Source: Candidatus Zixiibacteriota bacterium
Lineage (GTDB): Bacteria > Zixibacteria > MSB-5A5 > UBA10806 > 4484-95
Length of the DNA stretch: 64,000 nt
Assembly (NCBI GenBank): GCA_037441845.1
Contig: JBBIRK010000001.1
Span: 465,284 to 529,283, forward strand
Reading direction: 5' to 3'
The notes below the pieces were generated by a model that saw only the letters and a program-made list of their open reading frames with translations, had not been told where the DNA came from and did not search any database. A program made the position numbers and the translations under genes. Of the stretch, positions 61,907 to 64,000 are shown one piece after another (the first letter of the stretch is position 1; every line of letters begins with the position of its first letter).

Positions 61907-62104
61907 ATGACCCTGACTGGCAGACAAAAAAAGAAGCGGCTTTTTCGAATTGCCGGCAGCCTCACACTGGGGGCCTCGTTCGGGCTGCTTTTGAGTACGA
62001 TTGCGGGCAACTACAGCTCCCAATGCATGATTTTATGTAATTCCCCGATAGCCATGGCCTATTTCGCCCTGGTCGGGCTTTTATTATCGCTCAGGAAAGG
62101 CTGA
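61907..62104 (+). CDS. Small two-TM membrane protein with Cys pair (DUF6132-like)
   Basis: TM-QCMILCNSP-TM layout; its stop lies 1 nt before the next ATG; start uncertain. Confidence 0.5.
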   Translation: MTLTGRQKKKRLFRIAGSLTLGASFGLLLSTIAGNYSSQCMILCNSPIAMAYFALVGLLLSLRKG

Positions 62105-62105
62105 T

Positions 62106-62309
62106 ATGCCGATTTTCGAATATAAGTGTAACGCGTGCGGCGGGAAGTTCGAATCATTGCGTTCGGTTTCGGCGAACGATCCCGTTATTTGTCCGGTCTG
62201 CGGCTCCGATCAAACGACGAAATTGTTCTCCACTTTCGCCAGCACGGGGGGGTCCGACAGCGTGCAATCGGCCGGCTCAGGATGCCGCAGCGGATCCGGA
62301 TTTTCCTGA
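62106..62309 (+). CDS. FmdB family zinc-ribbon protein (possibly extended to 62318 by Sec readthrough)
   Basis: MPIFEYKCNACG..FE...CPVCGS; ends GCRSGSGFS-TGA. Confidence 0.9.
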   Translation: MPIFEYKCNACGGKFESLRSVSANDPVICPVCGSDQTTKLFSTFASTGGSDSVQSAGSGCRSGSGFS

Positions 62310-62469
62310 GCCTCGTAACCGTTCTCCGGTTCGGAGAAAATCGAAACAGCTATCGACCCTTAATGCATATCGCATGTCCATGTTTCTATTGAAAGTATAT
62401 CTTATTGAAGTTATATTTGCGCGGTGATTCGGGCGACGGAGAAGATCGAATTTTGAAAGCGCAAAAAGC

Positions 62470-62958
62470 ATGAAAGCACCGTTAAGCTGGGAAGAGTATT
62501 TCATGATACTCGCGGTCGTGGCCTCGCTCAAATCGAAAGACCCGAGCACTCAGGTGGGGGCGGTGATCGTCGATAATAAAAGCCGCCGAGTGATCAGCGC
62601 CGGATACAATGGATTTCCGCGCCATATCAACGACGACCTACTGCCCATGACCCGGCCGGAAAAATATCAATACACCGTCCACGCCGAACTTAACGCGATC
62701 CTGCACGCCCGCCAGGATTTATCCGGCTGTTCGCTTTACGTAAGCGTTTTCCCCTGCGCCGAGTGCATGAAAGCGATGATCCAGACAGGCATTAAGCGGG
62801 TCGTGTATCTAAACGAGCTGTCGGGACAGGATTGGGAGATTTCGAAAAACGCGACCATGAAACTGGCCGAGCTGGCCGGAGTTGAAATTAAACGTTTCGA
62901 CGGAAAAAACGAAATAATCGATTTTCTGGTTGAAAGGGTAAAGGTCCGCCGACTGTGA
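62470..62958 (+). CDS. dCMP deaminase (ComEB family)
   Basis: WEEYFM, SKDPSTQVGAVI, GYNG, HAELNAI, PCAEC. Confidence 0.93.
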   Translation: MKAPLSWEEYFMILAVVASLKSKDPSTQVGAVIVDNKSRRVISAGYNGFPRHINDDLLPMTRPEKYQYTVHAELNAILHARQDLSGCSLYVSVFPCAECMKAMIQTGIKRVVYLNELSGQDWEISKNATMKLAELAGVEIKRFDGKNEIIDFLVERVKVRRL

Positions 62959-63055
62959 CCGGCGCTAAAGGAACCCGGCATTTCACCGAATCAGAATTAT
63001 AACAACAACCGGAGATTTCCGAAAATCGCTTGATTAAATTTCGCACTTTTAGACT

Positions 63056-64000
63056 ATGGACTATTTCAGAAGAACAAAAATCTCGGCCATTCTGAAAAAT
63101 CCGGAACAGGCCGTCGAAAACGTAATAGTGTTGGGATGGATCAGATCGCGAAGCGACAAGCCCAACCTGGTTTTCCTGAAAGTCAATGACGGCAGCAGCC
63201 TGGACAGTCTCCAGATAGTCATTGAAAACCCCGATAGGTTTCCCGATATTTCCAGAGCTCGGTTGGGGGCGTCGATCCGCCTCGAAGGCGAATTGATCCC
63301 GGTAAAAGAGCGCGAACACAAGATCGAGTTGCACCCGAAAGCGCTGAGAATACTGGGTGATTGCCCACCGGATTATCCGGTCCAAAATAAAAGGCATACA
63401 TTCGAATTTTTGCGGGAAATCGCCCACCTCAGAGCGCGCACCAATACTTTCGGGGTGATGAATCGTTTCCGCAGCAAAATCGCATTCGCCATTCATAAGT
63501 TTTTTCAGGAGCGCGGCTTTTACTTCGTAGACACGCCGATGATCACCGCCGCCGATTGCGAAGGGGCGGGGCAGCAGTTCCGAGTCACCACGCTCGACCT
63601 GAAAAATCTGCCTTTTATCGACGGCGAGATCGATTTCGACAAAGATTTTTTCGGTTGCGAAACGTTTCTGACGGTTTCCGGACAGCTCGAGGGCGAAACC
63701 ATGGCCACCGCTCTGGGGGATATCTACACTTTCGGCCCGACTTTCCGCGCGGAGAACTCGAATACTTCGCGCCACCTTTCCGAATTCTGGATGATCGAAC
63801 CGGAAATGGCGTTCTGCGAACTCGAGGAAAATATGCAGCTCGCCGGCGAATTTCTGAAATACCTATTCGCCTACGCGCTCGAACAATGCCCAGAGGAGAT
63901 GAAATTTTTCAACACCCGTATCTCTTCCGACAGAATCGCCACGCTCGAAAGCATAATCCAGACCGACTTCGTCAAATGCTCCTACGATGAGGCTATAGGT
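63056..64000 (+). CDS. asnS: Asparagine--tRNA ligase (5' part; runs off window; not in ORF track)
   Basis: Translated by hand: MDYFRRTKI...GWIRSR...VNDGSS...LQIV...[23 protein letters not shown]...DCEGAG...LTVSGQL...[25 protein letters not shown]. Confidence 0.95.
   Translation, partial: MDYFRRTKISAILKNPEQAVENVIVLGWIRSRSDKPNLVFLKVNDGSSLDSLQIVIENPDRFPDISRARLGASIRLEGELIPVKEREHKIELHPKALRILGDCPPDYPVQNKRHTFEFLREIAHLRARTNTFGVMNRFRSKIAFAIHKFFQERGFYFVDTPMITAADCEGAGQQFRVTTLDLKNLPFIDGEIDFDKDFFGCETFLTVSGQLEGETMATALGDIYTFGPTFRAENSNTSRHLSEFWMIEPEMAFCELEENMQLAGEFLKYLFAYALEQCPEEMKFFNTRISSDRIATLESIIQTDFVKCSYDEAIG

Noticed and set aside
62470..62958. Deaminase as an anti-phage dCTP-depletion effector linked to the cyclase operon
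   Set aside because: Stand-alone ComEB-type enzyme without a kinase domain, divergently oriented and next to asnS; a housekeeping role is more parsimonious

Overview
A 64 kb, GC-rich, densely coding bacterial chromosomal segment. The organism is a diderm, probably an anaerobe of the FCB group; 'PNYPNPFN' FlgD/T9SS-like C-terminal domains and a dockerin-like tail suggest a Zixibacteria-like lineage (inference). The window holds: secreted multidomain peptidases (M28, S8); a feoAB-Cys-rich-DtxR iron uptake operon with a palindromic operator inside its promoter; an iron and oxidative-stress neighbourhood (tpx, fprA-rubredoxin-cpcT-like, rubrerythrin-like, ferritin); a tldD-pmbA-znuACB run in which TldD has a Tat signal; and the housekeeping block tRNA-Leu-tig-clpP-clpX-(mrr)-yihA-purA, plus pyrE, fumC/aspA and a partial asnS. 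The best candidate for an undescribed system is a tightly coupled three-gene operon at 55705-61766: a cNMP-binding PAS histidine kinase, a DUF3307 His/Asp membrane protein and a soluble-adenylyl-cyclase-like double cyclase/STAND/TPR protein. Other notable signals are a possible C-terminal selenocysteine with a SECIS-like hairpin in an FmdB-family protein, two ZU5-like lipoproteins with the HFS autoproteolysis motif (one frameshifted) and a decayed DUF4140/DUF4139 gene. No CRISPR array, rRNA, transposase or integrase was seen. All family calls come from motif recognition by eye; no database searches were run.
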